64,000 nt of DNA from Candidatus Enterousia sp. (GCA_045651525.1 JAZRSO010000036.1:2016-66015), one strand, 5' to 3'. Counted from the first letter of the stretch, positions 6,829 through 16,423 are shown. Notes: generated by a model from the sequence alone, not told the origin. Numbers and translations: made by a program.

Positions 6829-8181
6829 TTAAAACCGTTGTTGCATAGTAAATTCCAACGCAGTTTTGCTATATTCACGTTGCCAGATATTCGAATCGCG
6901 TTGCGTATAACTGAATGTCAACGTTGGCACAAATCCCCATATATCAAATTTATTGTTTGATATTGATATCGCGTATCTGTGTGTAAAGTCATGTTCTGTT
7001 ATTTCTGCCAGTTGCATATCTGATGCAACAAAACGTGAATCGTCATAAACACTCCAATACACAGACGGTTCTAAATACACATGAAATCCCCATGGTAATT
7101 CTGCGCCAACACCCAATGATACAGACGGTTGCCAATATGAATACGTTGGATTTTTTGCATCTTCACGCGTAATACCACCACGCAAGTTCATATAAACGCT
7201 GGCATTAAACGAATAAGTAAATCGTACGTTTGCAGAATATGTCTGGCCATTTAAAAAATCGCCGTACAAGTCATATTTGTTTTCCATCGCACGCAGATAA
7301 AGACCACCTGATAATTTGCGCGTAAAGTCATAATTTGTGTCCAGACGTACGCCCGCAGACCAATTATACCGTTCCCATCCGTACCAGCGACGCGCAAAAG
7401 TTCCAGCCAACCAGACGTCACCTTGGGACCAAACAAAGCGCGGGCCACTGGACACACCGATATATAAATCATCAAATTTGTGCTTGTCATAAATATTGCT
7501 GTACAGATTTGCGTCTGATTTCCAACGCCATTGGTCAGACAATTTAAATTCATAATTTCCGCCCAGCGTTAAATTTGTACCAATTGCAGATTCCGGCTCT
7601 GCCAAATCGTTACATAAAACATAGCCGTAATATAATATACATTCTTGCCCACCGGTGGCATTATTAACATTATTGTCAGGAGCCGCGCCAATATTAAACC
7701 ATACATTCCAGTTCTTGTTCTGACGCACAACATATCGGTAATAATTCATCATTTTTCGCGCATTTTCCGGCAGGTCTTTACCAGCCATCGCAAGGCGCAA
7801 ATGATAATCTGCACGCGACCATTGTTTTGTGTGCATATAACAAGTCGCCAGTTCAAAACGAATACGCGCCAAATCTGGTTGGTCATCCAAAATCTTGCGA
7901 TATATTTTTATTGCAGAATCATAATCGCCTTGTTTTTGCGCGATTTGCGCCAACAGAAACCACCGTTCTATTTCCAGCGCAACATTATTCATTTGTGGGG
8001 TCTTGGTCAGGATTTGCAACGCGTGCTCATAATCACCATGGTCAACCATTGACCCCGCCAGTTGCATAGCCTGTGTTGTACTCATCGTGATTTCAGATGT
8101 GGTATTTTTTGCAGACGTTTCTTCTGCCCATGAAACCATGGGGGCAAGAAAAAACAAAATTATAAATAACGCTGATTTCAT
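6829..8181 (-). CDS. Outer-membrane protein with N-terminal TPR and C-terminal beta-barrel (Slam/DUF560-like)
   Basis: Signal peptide MKSALFIILFFLAPMVSWA and a TPR segment (QKQGDYDSAIKIYRKILDD). Then an alternating aromatic beta-strand pattern ending ...ALEFTMQQRF (terminal F). The family assignment is from memory only. Confidence 0.45.
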   Translation of the reverse strand: MKSALFIILFFLAPMVSWAEETSAKNTTSEITMSTTQAMQLAGSMVDHGDYEHALQILTKTPQMNNVALEIERWFLLAQIAQKQGDYDSAIKIYRKILDDQPDLARIRFELATCYMHTKQWSRADYHLRLAMAGKDLPENARKMMNYYRYVVRQNKNWNVWFNIGAAPDNNVNNATGGQECILYYGYVLCNDLAEPESAIGTNLTLGGNYEFKLSDQWRWKSDANLYSNIYDKHKFDDLYIGVSSGPRFVWSQGDVWLAGTFARRWYGWERYNWSAGVRLDTNYDFTRKLSGGLYLRAMENKYDLYGDFLNGQTYSANVRFTYSFNASVYMNLRGGITREDAKNPTYSYWQPSVSLGVGAELPWGFHVYLEPSVYWSVYDDSRFVASDMQLAEITEHDFTHRYAISISNNKFDIWGFVPTLTFSYTQRDSNIWQREYSKTALEFTMQQRF

Positions 8182-8263
8182 TTTTATAACTTGAATCAAG
8201 TTATATAATCTATAACAAATAAAAACAAGAAAAAAATCGGGACAAACCCGATTTTGTTATCTG

Positions 8264-8340
8264 TGGTGGGTGGTATTGGGCTCGAACCAACGACCTTTAC
8301 GATGTCAACGTAACGCTCTAGCCAACTGAGCTAACCACCC
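8264..8340 (-). tRNA. tRNA-Val (anticodon GAC), CCA encoded
   Basis: Reverse complement reads GGGTGGTTAGCTCAGTTGG...TTACG-TTGACAT-CGTAA...GGTTCGAGCC...CCACCCACCA. Confidence 0.9.
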
Positions 8341-8413
8341 AAAGCGAACAGAATTATAACAGACAAATTCAAAATTGCAAATATTAAATAGCGGTAAAAA
8401 AGCAAATGTCTTT

Positions 8414-8581
8414 TTATTGCTTTTGATTTTTTCTTTTTATATAACCCTGTTCACGAACGACAATATTTTCTAACTTTTTCATTTGTTTTTTTAGCACCAG
8501 ATATGTTTCAAACAATATTTCCATTGTTTCTTCGCGTGTTGGACGCGCAATACTGCCATATGGAACATAACGTATCGCCAT
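8414..8581 (-). CDS. 55-aa hypothetical protein downstream of leader copy 3
   Basis: AGGAG, 7 nt, then ATG at 8581. Product MAIRYVPYGSIARPTREETMEILFETYLVLKKQMKKLENIVVREQGYIKRKNQKQ. The track's longer version would start inside the terminator T-run. Confidence 0.5.
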   Translation of the reverse strand: MAIRYVPYGSIARPTREETMEILFETYLVLKKQMKKLENIVVREQGYIKRKNQKQ

Positions 8582-8606
8582 GATAAATCTCCTATGTATT
8601 TTTTGT

Positions 8607-8770
8607 AAAAAAAAAGACCACATTTAAAAGTGGTCGGGAGTTCATACAAATTTGACTACACAAATCCCGCACACCTTACGATGTGCAGCATCCCGACCAT
8701 ATGGTCGGGACATTTGTTATCAATAAAGTAGTCAATGGGGTATGAAGCCCGTTCACTAACAAATGTCTGA
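8607..8770 (-). ncRNA. Unclassified structured leader / attenuator-type RNA, copy 3 (diverged)
   Basis: Shares the 5' box ACATTTGTTAGTGAA (8766-8752) and the terminator CCCGACCAC...GTGGTC plus T9 (8635-8607) with copies 1/2. It has hairpin CCCGACCATATGGTCGGG, whose 3' arm can pair with the terminator 5' arm. Upstream promoter is TTGAAT-17-TATAAT. Confidence 0.55.
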
Positions 8771-8810
8771 ATTATATTATAATATACTAAATTCATTGAT
8801 TCAATAATTA

Positions 8811-8840
8811 AAAATCCCCCAAACGGGGGATTGTTTTTTT
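8811..8840 (-). terminator. Intrinsic terminator after ppdK
   Basis: Stem ATCCCCC/GGGGGAT flanked by A/T runs. Confidence 0.7.
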
Positions 8841-11499
8841 AGTTGTTCTTTGGGAACTTGACCGCCGCCTGTGCTGCTGCCAAACGTGCAATTGGCACAC
8901 GGAATGGTGAACATGATACAGAATTAAATCCAACCTGATGGAAGAAGGAAATAGATTCTGGATCGCCACCGTGTTCGCCGCATACGCCCAAGTGGATTTT
9001 GTCGCCCTTGGTCGCACGTGCTTTCTGCACAGCGTCTTTAATCAAAATACCAACACCCAACTGGTCAACAGATGCAAATGGATCTGCAACATATACACCA
9101 CGGGCACGATATTCGTCCAAGATTTTTGCAGTGTCGTCACGTGACATACCCAATGTTGTCTGGGTCAAGTCGTTTGTTCCGAATTCAAAGAATTCACAGC
9201 TTTCTGCAATTTCGTTTGCCAATACTGCTGCGCGTGGCAATTCAATCATTGAACCAACAGTGTATTCAACAGTCTCGCCTGTTTCTGCGAACAATGACTG
9301 TGCAGTTGCATCAATTACAGCTTTGACAATATCAACTTCTTTCTTAGAACCAACCAATGGAACCTCAATCTCTGGGAATACGCGAACACCAGCCTTCTTG
9401 ACTTCTAATGCAGCGGACAAGATTGCGCGTGTTTGCATTTCACAGATTTCTGGGTATGTGATTGCCAAACGGCATCCACGATGACCCAACATAGGATTCT
9501 GTTCATGCAATTGTTCTGCACGTTGTTTGATGAATTCTACAGATTTGCCAATATGATTTGCCAATTCTTCAATTTCAGCTTCTGTATGTGGCAAGAATTC
9601 ATGTAGTGGTGGGTCAATCAAACGGATTGTAACTGGCAAACCGTCCATGATTTTGAACAATTCAACAAAGTCTGCTTTCTGATATGGCAACAATTTCGCC
9701 AATGCAGCGCGACGACCTGCTTCGTCTTCAGCCAAAATCATTTCACGCATATCTTGGATACGGCTTGGGTCAAAGAACATATGTTCTGTACGTGCCAGAC
9801 CAATACCTTCGGCACCAAAGTCGCGCGCTTGTTTTGCGTCTTTTGGTGTTTCTGCGTTTGCCTTGACTGTCAATGTTTTGATTTCATCAACCCATTTCAT
9901 CAATGTACCAAAGTTACCTGTCAATTCAACAGATACAGTTGGGATTTGACCAGCAATAATCTGACCCTTGGCACCGTCAATAGATACCCAGTCACCTTCG
10001 TGAATAACCGTACCATCTGTTGTTTTCAGTGTTTTTGATTCATAGTCAATTTTGATGTCTGGAGAACCAGATACACATGGTGTACCCATACCGCGTGCAA
10101 CCACCGCTGCGTGTGATGTCATACCACCACGTGCAGTGATAACACCCTGAGCTGCGTTCATACCTGCAATATCTTCTGGGGATGTTTCAACGCGAATCAA
10201 CATAACTTTTTTACCCTGGGATGCCCATTTTTCTGCGTCTTCGGCATTAAATACAGCCTGACCAACAGCAGCACCTGGGGATGCAGGCAAACCTGTTGCA
10301 ATAATTTTCTTTTCTGCTTTTGGATCCAACATTGGGTGCAACAAGTGATCTAATTGTTCTGCACCAACGCGCAAGATTGCTTCTTCTTTGGTCAACAGGC
10401 CTTCTTCAACCATTTCAACAGCCATACGAACAGCAGCAGCTGCTGTACGTTTACCGTTACGGCACTGTAACATCCACAATTTTCCATGTTCAATTGTGAA
10501 TTCCATATCTTGCATATCTTTGTAGTGTTTTTCCAACTTTTCACGAACATCACACAGTTCTGCATAAACAGATGGCATTACTTCTTCCAAAGACAGACGA
10601 CCTGAATCATCCTTGCTCATTGGCTGTGGTGTACGGATACCTGCCACAACGTCTTCACCTTGGGCGTTAATCAAGTATTCGCCATAGTATTTATTTTCAC
10701 CAGTTGCTGGGTCGCGGCTAAAGCATACGCCAGTTGCTGAATCTTCGCCAGAGTTACCAAATACCATCGCCTGAACGTTTACAGCGGTACCCCAATCTGC
10801 TGGGATATTGTTCAATTTGCGGTACGTGATAGCCTTTTTGCTCATCCAAGAACCGAACACTGCGCCAATCCCCATTTCCAACTGTTTCCATGGATCTTGT
10901 GGGAAAACCTTGCCGATTTTGTGACCGATTTCCTTGAACTTTTCAACCAATTCTTTCAAATCATCAGCAGTCAATTCTGTATCCAGTTTGTAACCTTTGT
11001 CTTCTTTCATGCGTTCCAATGTGTGTTCAAACAAGTCAATGTCTGCACCCATAACAACTTCGCTGAACATCATGATAAAGCGACGATAAGAGTCATATGC
11101 AAAACGTTCATTGCCAGAAATTTTTGCCAATGCTTTTACTGTTTCGTCATTCAAACCCAGATTCAATACTGTATCCATCATACCCGGCATTGATACACGT
11201 GCGCCAGAACGTACAGATACCAACAATGGATTTTCCAAGTCTGCAAATTTCTTGCCCATGATTGATTCAACATGTGCAATACCACTGCGTACTTGATCCA
11301 TCAAATCAGCTGGATATGTTTGATTATTTGCATAGTAATATACACAAACATCGGTTGTAACTGTGAATCCAGCAGGAACTGGCAGACCAACCAAGTTCAT
11401 TTCGGCCAAGTTTGCACCTTTGCCACCCAGCAGATTTTTCATATCTGCCTGACCTTCGGCCTGACCGTTACCGAAAGTATATACCCATTTATTACTCAT
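8839..11499 (-). CDS. ppdK: Pyruvate, phosphate dikinase
   Basis: 886 aa. LGGKGANLAEM in the ATP-grasp region, phosphohistidine motif GGMTSHAAVVARGMG, and a C-terminal PEP-utilizer TIM domain (GVCGEHGGDP). Confidence 0.95.
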   Translation of the reverse strand: MSNKWVYTFGNGQAEGQADMKNLLGGKGANLAEMNLVGLPVPAGFTVTTDVCVYYYANNQTYPADLMDQVRSGIAHVESIMGKKFADLENPLLVSVRSGARVSMPGMMDTVLNLGLNDETVKALAKISGNERFAYDSYRRFIMMFSEVVMGADIDLFEHTLERMKEDKGYKLDTELTADDLKELVEKFKEIGHKIGKVFPQDPWKQLEMGIGAVFGSWMSKKAITYRKLNNIPADWGTAVNVQAMVFGNSGEDSATGVCFSRDPATGENKYYGEYLINAQGEDVVAGIRTPQPMSKDDSGRLSLEEVMPSVYAELCDVREKLEKHYKDMQDMEFTIEHGKLWMLQCRNGKRTAAAAVRMAVEMVEEGLLTKEEAILRVGAEQLDHLLHPMLDPKAEKKIIATGLPASPGAAVGQAVFNAEDAEKWASQGKKVMLIRVETSPEDIAGMNAAQGVITARGGMTSHAAVVARGMGTPCVSGSPDIKIDYESKTLKTTDGTVIHEGDWVSIDGAKGQIIAGQIPTVSVELTGNFGTLMKWVDEIKTLTVKANAETPKDAKQARDFGAEGIGLARTEHMFFDPSRIQDMREMILAEDEAGRRAALAKLLPYQKADFVELFKIMDGLPVTIRLIDPPLHEFLPHTEAEIEELANHIGKSVEFIKQRAEQLHEQNPMLGHRGCRLAITYPEICEMQTRAILSAALEVKKAGVRVFPEIEVPLVGSKKEVDIVKAVIDATAQSLFAETGETVEYTVGSMIELPRAAVLANEIAESCEFFEFGTNDLTQTTLGMSRDDTAKILDEYRARGVYVADPFASVDQLGVGILIKDAVQKARATKGDKIHLGVCGEHGGDPESISFFHQVGFNSVSCSPFRVPIARLAAAQAAVKFPKNN

Positions 11500-11520
11500 G
11501 GTTTCTCCTTGCGTTTAATT

Positions 11521-11546
11521 AAAAAATGCCCCAAGATTGTGGGGCA
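11521..11546 (-). terminator. Intrinsic terminator 22 nt upstream of ppdK start
   Basis: On the minus strand: TGCCCCA-caatct-TGGGGCA followed by T6, then AAGGAG and the ppdK ATG. Confidence 0.65.
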
Positions 11547-11639
11547 GATATCACATAAAAGCAAGAAAAAAATCCACAAAATTTATTTATTTTTTGTAAC
11601 ACGATACTTAAACAAATAACTAATAATGTTTTTTGCCAT

Positions 11640-12842
11640 CTAATCCCTGAACCTATCAAAATTCTGATATATATTATTGGTGTTTTTTTGTTGTGCAAAA
11701 GTATTATAAAAATTACGCGAGACATTAGTTGCAACATAACGTGCTTCTGCTTCTTCTAAAATATTAATGTATGTTATTCTGTTGCTGTAATCACTGTTTG
11801 ATTTTTGATATGCGTTATATTCTGGATCGATACTGCTGGCACCAACAGACTGAAACCCATGTATATTTTCATGAATCAGTGTTCTTAGAACCAAATCAAA
11901 GTTTTCTAAATTTAATGTTTTATACGAAAAACTGTTACTGCCTTCGTCATTAAAGCCGCCATTTACACGATATTTATCGCCAAAATTTACAACTGTATTA
12001 CCAATATGTTTTCTGTGCATAGAACCAATTATGTAATTCATTTGTTTCATTGCATCTATTCGTGATGACTTTGATAAATGCTGCCAATTTATAATTGCAT
12101 TTGATAAATTTGGTAATTTAGCAAATTCTTTCATTAAAACATTTCGTAAATCATAAGACAAAGAATCTATACCATGTTGCGACAACGCGCCAATTTTTGC
12201 ATATCTGGCAATAATTTTATTTGTATGCTCACACATTTCTGGCGAATAAGCAAACATATCATTTACAGGCAACGGCGTCGCCAGAATATCCATTAAATCT
12301 TTTTTTACAAATTCATTTATAGGTATTTTTTTTACACGATACACTTTACCAAAGATTTCCTTGCTGGCAATATAGTCTGCAGGCGGTAAATTCAAAGTTT
12401 TTTCAACATTAAAAATTAAAAACCTGCCCTTGTTTGTTGAAACATTTTCGACATATATTGCCCGATTTTCCAACGCAGTCTTTATCGCTTCAATTTGTAT
12501 TTGCGATAAATTATCAATATTTAAGCGATAATGTTCATATCCAAGACCACTGGCATCAGCCATACGATGTTCCCAATCAAAATTAGTATATCTTTTTAAT
12601 TTATTTTCCAGTTTTGTCGGAACAATATTTCTAACTTGCTTTGAAAACTTCATATATTTATGACCATCTTTTTCAACTGGAACCATAATAACATTATAAG
12701 GTTTTAACTTTTCATTCAACGCATTCCATTCTTGGCTTGTCAATCTGCTGGCAGGCAGCATTTTTACAACACCTTGGGTTTGAAACATTTGCAGATATTC
12801 ATTAAAATTTTGACTGGCTCGTAAAAATAAACTATCTGACAT
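11640..12842 (-). CDS. Hypothetical protein with HExxH zinc-metallopeptidase motif (400 aa)
   Basis: LIHENIHGFQ (HExxH at nt 11873-11859), with EEAEARY about 35 residues downstream as a gluzincin-like third ligand candidate. No signal peptide and no family recognised. Confidence 0.5.
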   Translation of the reverse strand: MSDSLFLRASQNFNEYLQMFQTQGVVKMLPASRLTSQEWNALNEKLKPYNVIMVPVEKDGHKYMKFSKQVRNIVPTKLENKLKRYTNFDWEHRMADASGLGYEHYRLNIDNLSQIQIEAIKTALENRAIYVENVSTNKGRFLIFNVEKTLNLPPADYIASKEIFGKVYRVKKIPINEFVKKDLMDILATPLPVNDMFAYSPEMCEHTNKIIARYAKIGALSQHGIDSLSYDLRNVLMKEFAKLPNLSNAIINWQHLSKSSRIDAMKQMNYIIGSMHRKHIGNTVVNFGDKYRVNGGFNDEGSNSFSYKTLNLENFDLVLRTLIHENIHGFQSVGASSIDPEYNAYQKSNSDYSNRITYINILEEAEARYVATNVSRNFYNTFAQQKNTNNIYQNFDRFRD

Positions 12843-12857
12843 AATACACCTTTTTAA

Positions 12858-13751
12858 TTACATACTGCATGCGCATGCGATTGAAAACAACTTGGAAACA
12901 TCACTGTCTGAACGGGAATTTACAATTACTGGCACGCGCGCACCAATAACAACACCGCCAAAAATCCAATCACCAAATTGAACCATTGCTTTTATTGTGT
13001 TATTACCCGCTTCGATATTATCAAACAGTAAAATATCTGCATCACCTTGGATTGGGCCGTCATATCGTTTAATTTTTGCCGCATCGCGTGATACCGCAAT
13101 ATCAAACGATATTGGGCCACTGATAACACAATCTGAGATTTCGCCATTTGCGTTCATTTTTTGCAGTGCATCCGCATCAACTGTGGCCTGCATTGCTGGA
13201 TTTAATGTTTCAACAGCACAAAGCGGTGCAACCAATGGTTTTTGCACCCCCATATGACACGCCAAAGACACAGCATTTTTCACCAACTGAATCTTTTTAT
13301 CAAGGTCTGGATACATAACCATTGCAATATCTGTTAAAAATAATTTGCGTTGTAATTTCGGCGAATACAGCACAGAAACATGCGACAAAATACCATCACC
13401 ACGAATACCAGTTTCACGATTTAACACACCACGCAAAATATCAGCAGTATGCACCAATCCCTTCATTAAAATATCTGCACGACCATCACGCACCAACGAC
13501 ACTGCCGTCTGTATTGCAGATATTTCATCCGCACAATGACGAATTTCAAATTCTGATATATCAATATTATTTTTATTTGCGATTGATTTTATTGCTTGTT
13601 CATCACCACACAAAATCGCATTTACAAAACCCATCTTGTGCGCAGTTTGCAGTGACGACAAAACATTTGCATCAATCGCATTCGCAACAGACACTGTACG
13701 CATTTTATCAGGTCGCATTGATAATAATAATTTTTCAAATTCTGTATTCAT
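12858..13751 (-). CDS. Phosphate acetyl/butyryl-transferase family protein
   Basis: PTA_PTB-like sequence: VANAIDANVLSSL...ILCGDEQAI...DILMKGLVHTADILRGVL...ISGPISFDIAVS. Start moved to ATG 13751 (AGGTG RBS), because the track start would overlap the porin gene. Confidence 0.7.
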   Translation of the reverse strand: MNTEFEKLLLSMRPDKMRTVSVANAIDANVLSSLQTAHKMGFVNAILCGDEQAIKSIANKNNIDISEFEIRHCADEISAIQTAVSLVRDGRADILMKGLVHTADILRGVLNRETGIRGDGILSHVSVLYSPKLQRKLFLTDIAMVMYPDLDKKIQLVKNAVSLACHMGVQKPLVAPLCAVETLNPAMQATVDADALQKMNANGEISDCVISGPISFDIAVSRDAAKIKRYDGPIQGDADILLFDNIEAGNNTIKAMVQFGDWIFGGVVIGARVPVIVNSRSDSDVSKLFSIACACSM

Positions 13752-13759
13752 AACAACAC

Positions 13760-14785
13760 CTAGAACGTTATACGCATACCCGCAGATATAAATGGCGTCT
13801 TGGACGTTGTGCCGCCAGATATCCACCCATCAACATTTTCACTGTATTTATACCGAAAAGACGCAACAACCGTATTATCAATAAAATCATCAACGTCATT
13901 TTGCCATACACCTGTATCAGACAGCATATAAATCAATGATACACTGTACTGAAACAAGTCATAACTGACACCTGTTCCAACAACAAAACCATCAGAAACT
14001 TCGCCAATCGGATTTTTATCGTATATTACACGACCAGACAAACCAAATATCCAGCTGTTATACTGTACATTCATTGCCATTGACATTTGTGCACGCCAAT
14101 CAGCCGTGACGCCAGGTGTATAAATTTCATTATCAAAATTATCTGGCCTGTTCATAAATGATGCGCCAACAGAATATGCAGACTTTAATTTACCAGATGA
14201 TTTTCTGAATTTTATACCTGCATCTGCCGCCCAATTATAATCATCTGTTATGCCAGATACAGACACACCATATTGCATGCCATTATTGGAATTAGACACC
14301 AAATTTAATCGTAACGAATTGCTGCGTCCTGATGTCAAAGTCGTATCTGCAATAACTGCGCCGGATGGTATAATTTTTTCATTATATAATGGTCTGTCAT
14401 TTATACGAAGCCCCCCAACATCTGGCAATCCCAACCCCAACTTGCGCGCGATTGAATCAGTAAACCCAAACTCAACGCGACCAAGTGATTTAGATTGTAA
14501 AAATGCGAAAACTTCACGCGAAAAATTACCCTTGTCCAATGCCGCCTTGTCCATTGCGTAAACAAAGCCCAATTTCGTATCTTGGATAGAAGAGTTTGTT
14601 ATCTGACCACGCACACGCCAATCACCAATAGACAGCGGCGTTTTAATATCAGGATTTATCATTCCAAACGTACCATACCCCGTCAGACGAAAATCTGTAT
14701 TACCAATATTATATTCCAGCGCATATGCACCACCAAACACCATAAACAACGTTGCAGCACACAGAATTTTATTTATACCAAACAT
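13760..14785 (-). CDS. Outer-membrane porin (beta-barrel)
   Basis: Signal peptide MFGINKILCAATLFMVFGGAYA, an alternating beta-strand pattern, and the C-terminal sequence ...SAGMRITF with terminal Phe. Confidence 0.6.
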   Translation of the reverse strand: MFGINKILCAATLFMVFGGAYALEYNIGNTDFRLTGYGTFGMINPDIKTPLSIGDWRVRGQITNSSIQDTKLGFVYAMDKAALDKGNFSREVFAFLQSKSLGRVEFGFTDSIARKLGLGLPDVGGLRINDRPLYNEKIIPSGAVIADTTLTSGRSNSLRLNLVSNSNNGMQYGVSVSGITDDYNWAADAGIKFRKSSGKLKSAYSVGASFMNRPDNFDNEIYTPGVTADWRAQMSMAMNVQYNSWIFGLSGRVIYDKNPIGEVSDGFVVGTGVSYDLFQYSVSLIYMLSDTGVWQNDVDDFIDNTVVASFRYKYSENVDGWISGGTTSKTPFISAGMRITF

Positions 14786-14786
14786 A

Positions 14787-15701
14787 TTATTTTTTACCTT
14801 CGCTTTCTGTTAGGATTGCATCACGCAATTTGTTATACGCACGTTCTTCGATTTGACGAACACGTTCGCGTGATATTCCATACTTTTGCGACAGTGATTC
14901 CAATGTCGCCACAGGTTCACGCAATCTGCGCGCGACCAAAATATCACGGTCGCGTTCAGACATTTTTGATAAATGCTTTTTCAATAATTCATATCCGCGA
15001 CGTCTGAATTCAATTTGTTCCAATGTATCTTCGATTGATTCGCGACCATCTGTCATATTAGATAAAATATCTGTTCCGCCATCTTCGGAATTTATTGGTG
15101 CATTCAGCGACAAATCACGCGCGCCAATACGTGTTGCCATGCGGGCAACGTCTTTTTCTGGAACCTCTAAATAATCGGCAATTTGTTTGGTCTGTTCATC
15201 TGTCAGGTTATTATCCATAATTCCCAATGCACGTTTTGCGCGCGACAGGTTAAAGAATACACGCTTTTGATTTGCAGATGTACCAATACGAACAATTGAC
15301 CAATTATTCAGAATCGTTTCGTAAATTTCTGCTTTTATCCAAAACATCGCGTATGTAGAAAAACGAAAACCTTTTTCTGGGTCAAATTTTTGCAGCGCCT
15401 GCATCAATCCCATATTACCACTGGCAATCAAGTCACCAACCGGAATACCATAATTTTTATAATCATACGCCACAGACACAACAAGGCGCAGATGACTGGC
15501 CACCAGTTTTTCGCCTGCGACCTGGTCCTGATTTTTTACCCACTGGGTCGCATATTCGTATTCTTGTTCGGCTGTTAAAACCGGAATTTTTTGAACAGTT
15601 TGTATATATTGCGCCAATCCAGATTCATCACTGACCCCACGGGCAGCAACAATACTGTTATTTTTCACAATTGGTAAAGCGTCCTTGATTTCCTTTGTCA
15701 T
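14787..15701 (-). CDS. rpoH: RNA polymerase sigma-32 factor RpoH
   Basis: Sigma70 regions 2-4 (LRLVVSVAYDYKNYG, GNMGLMQALQKFDPEKGFRFSTYA) and an RpoH-box-like QKRVFFNLSRAKRAL. Start set at ATG 15701 (MTKEIK...). Confidence 0.85.
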   Translation of the reverse strand: MTKEIKDALPIVKNNSIVAARGVSDESGLAQYIQTVQKIPVLTAEQEYEYATQWVKNQDQVAGEKLVASHLRLVVSVAYDYKNYGIPVGDLIASGNMGLMQALQKFDPEKGFRFSTYAMFWIKAEIYETILNNWSIVRIGTSANQKRVFFNLSRAKRALGIMDNNLTDEQTKQIADYLEVPEKDVARMATRIGARDLSLNAPINSEDGGTDILSNMTDGRESIEDTLEQIEFRRRGYELLKKHLSKMSERDRDILVARRLREPVATLESLSQKYGISRERVRQIEERAYNKLRDAILTESEGKK

Positions 15702-15755
15702 AACTTTTATAGTATAACAAAATTTAACAATTATCAAGCACAGGAGAAATTTATT

Positions 15756-16406
15756 ATGGCAACTATGTTGGAAAGAAATAAAAAAGTCAAAGCACCACAA
15801 AAAACACACGCAGAACATGCACAAGACGCACTGTATCGCGAGGTTTGGGAAGAAGTAAACAACGAAAAAACAATGCAATTTATTAAGAAATACTCACGTC
15901 ATATTATGGCGGGTGTTATTACTGTGCTGATTATCGCAACAGGTATTCAAATCGGTATTCGTGCATATCACGCAAATAAAATGGCAACTGCGGTCGCATA
16001 TGAAACAGCCGTTTTAAACCGTGATGCAAATGCATTGGCGGCACTGGCAGACGACACAAATGGCGCAACCAGTGATTTGGCATTATTCCAAGCATACTTG
16101 TTAGACAAAGATATTAAAAAGTTAGAAGAATTGGCAGAAAATGGTAATACACACGATTTCCGCGACTTGGCAAAATTGCATATTGTTGGAATCCGTGGCG
16201 ACGAAATGTCTGGCGCGGATGTTGAAAAATATCTGTCTGATTTAGACACAAAAAATTCACCATTTTATTACACGGCAATGCTGACAATCGCACAAAAGTA
16301 TTTATCCACAGGCAATACAGAATCTGCAAATAAATGGCTGGATAAAATTATCAACGATAAAAATGCGCCAGCATCTATTTCTGGTACAGCACAAAGCTTG
16401 CGTTAA
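15756..16406 (+). CDS. YfgM-like membrane-anchored TPR-like protein
   Basis: GGAG RBS and a single TM helix (IMAGVITVLIIATGIQIGI), followed by a helical domain. It lies directly upstream of the bamB-like gene, as yfgM does in many proteobacteria. Confidence 0.45.
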   Translation: MATMLERNKKVKAPQKTHAEHAQDALYREVWEEVNNEKTMQFIKKYSRHIMAGVITVLIIATGIQIGIRAYHANKMATAVAYETAVLNRDANALAALADDTNGATSDLALFQAYLLDKDIKKLEELAENGNTHDFRDLAKLHIVGIRGDEMSGADVEKYLSDLDTKNSPFYYTAMLTIAQKYLSTGNTESANKWLDKIINDKNAPASISGTAQSLR

Positions 16407-16423
16407 AACACAGGAAATAAAAT

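Noticed and set aside
14787-15878. rpoH with a 59-residue hydrophobic N-terminal extension
   Set aside because: The extension (MHCFFVVYFF...) overlaps the divergent yfgM-like gene and its promoter region. Sigma-32 homology starts at MTKEIK (ATG 15701).
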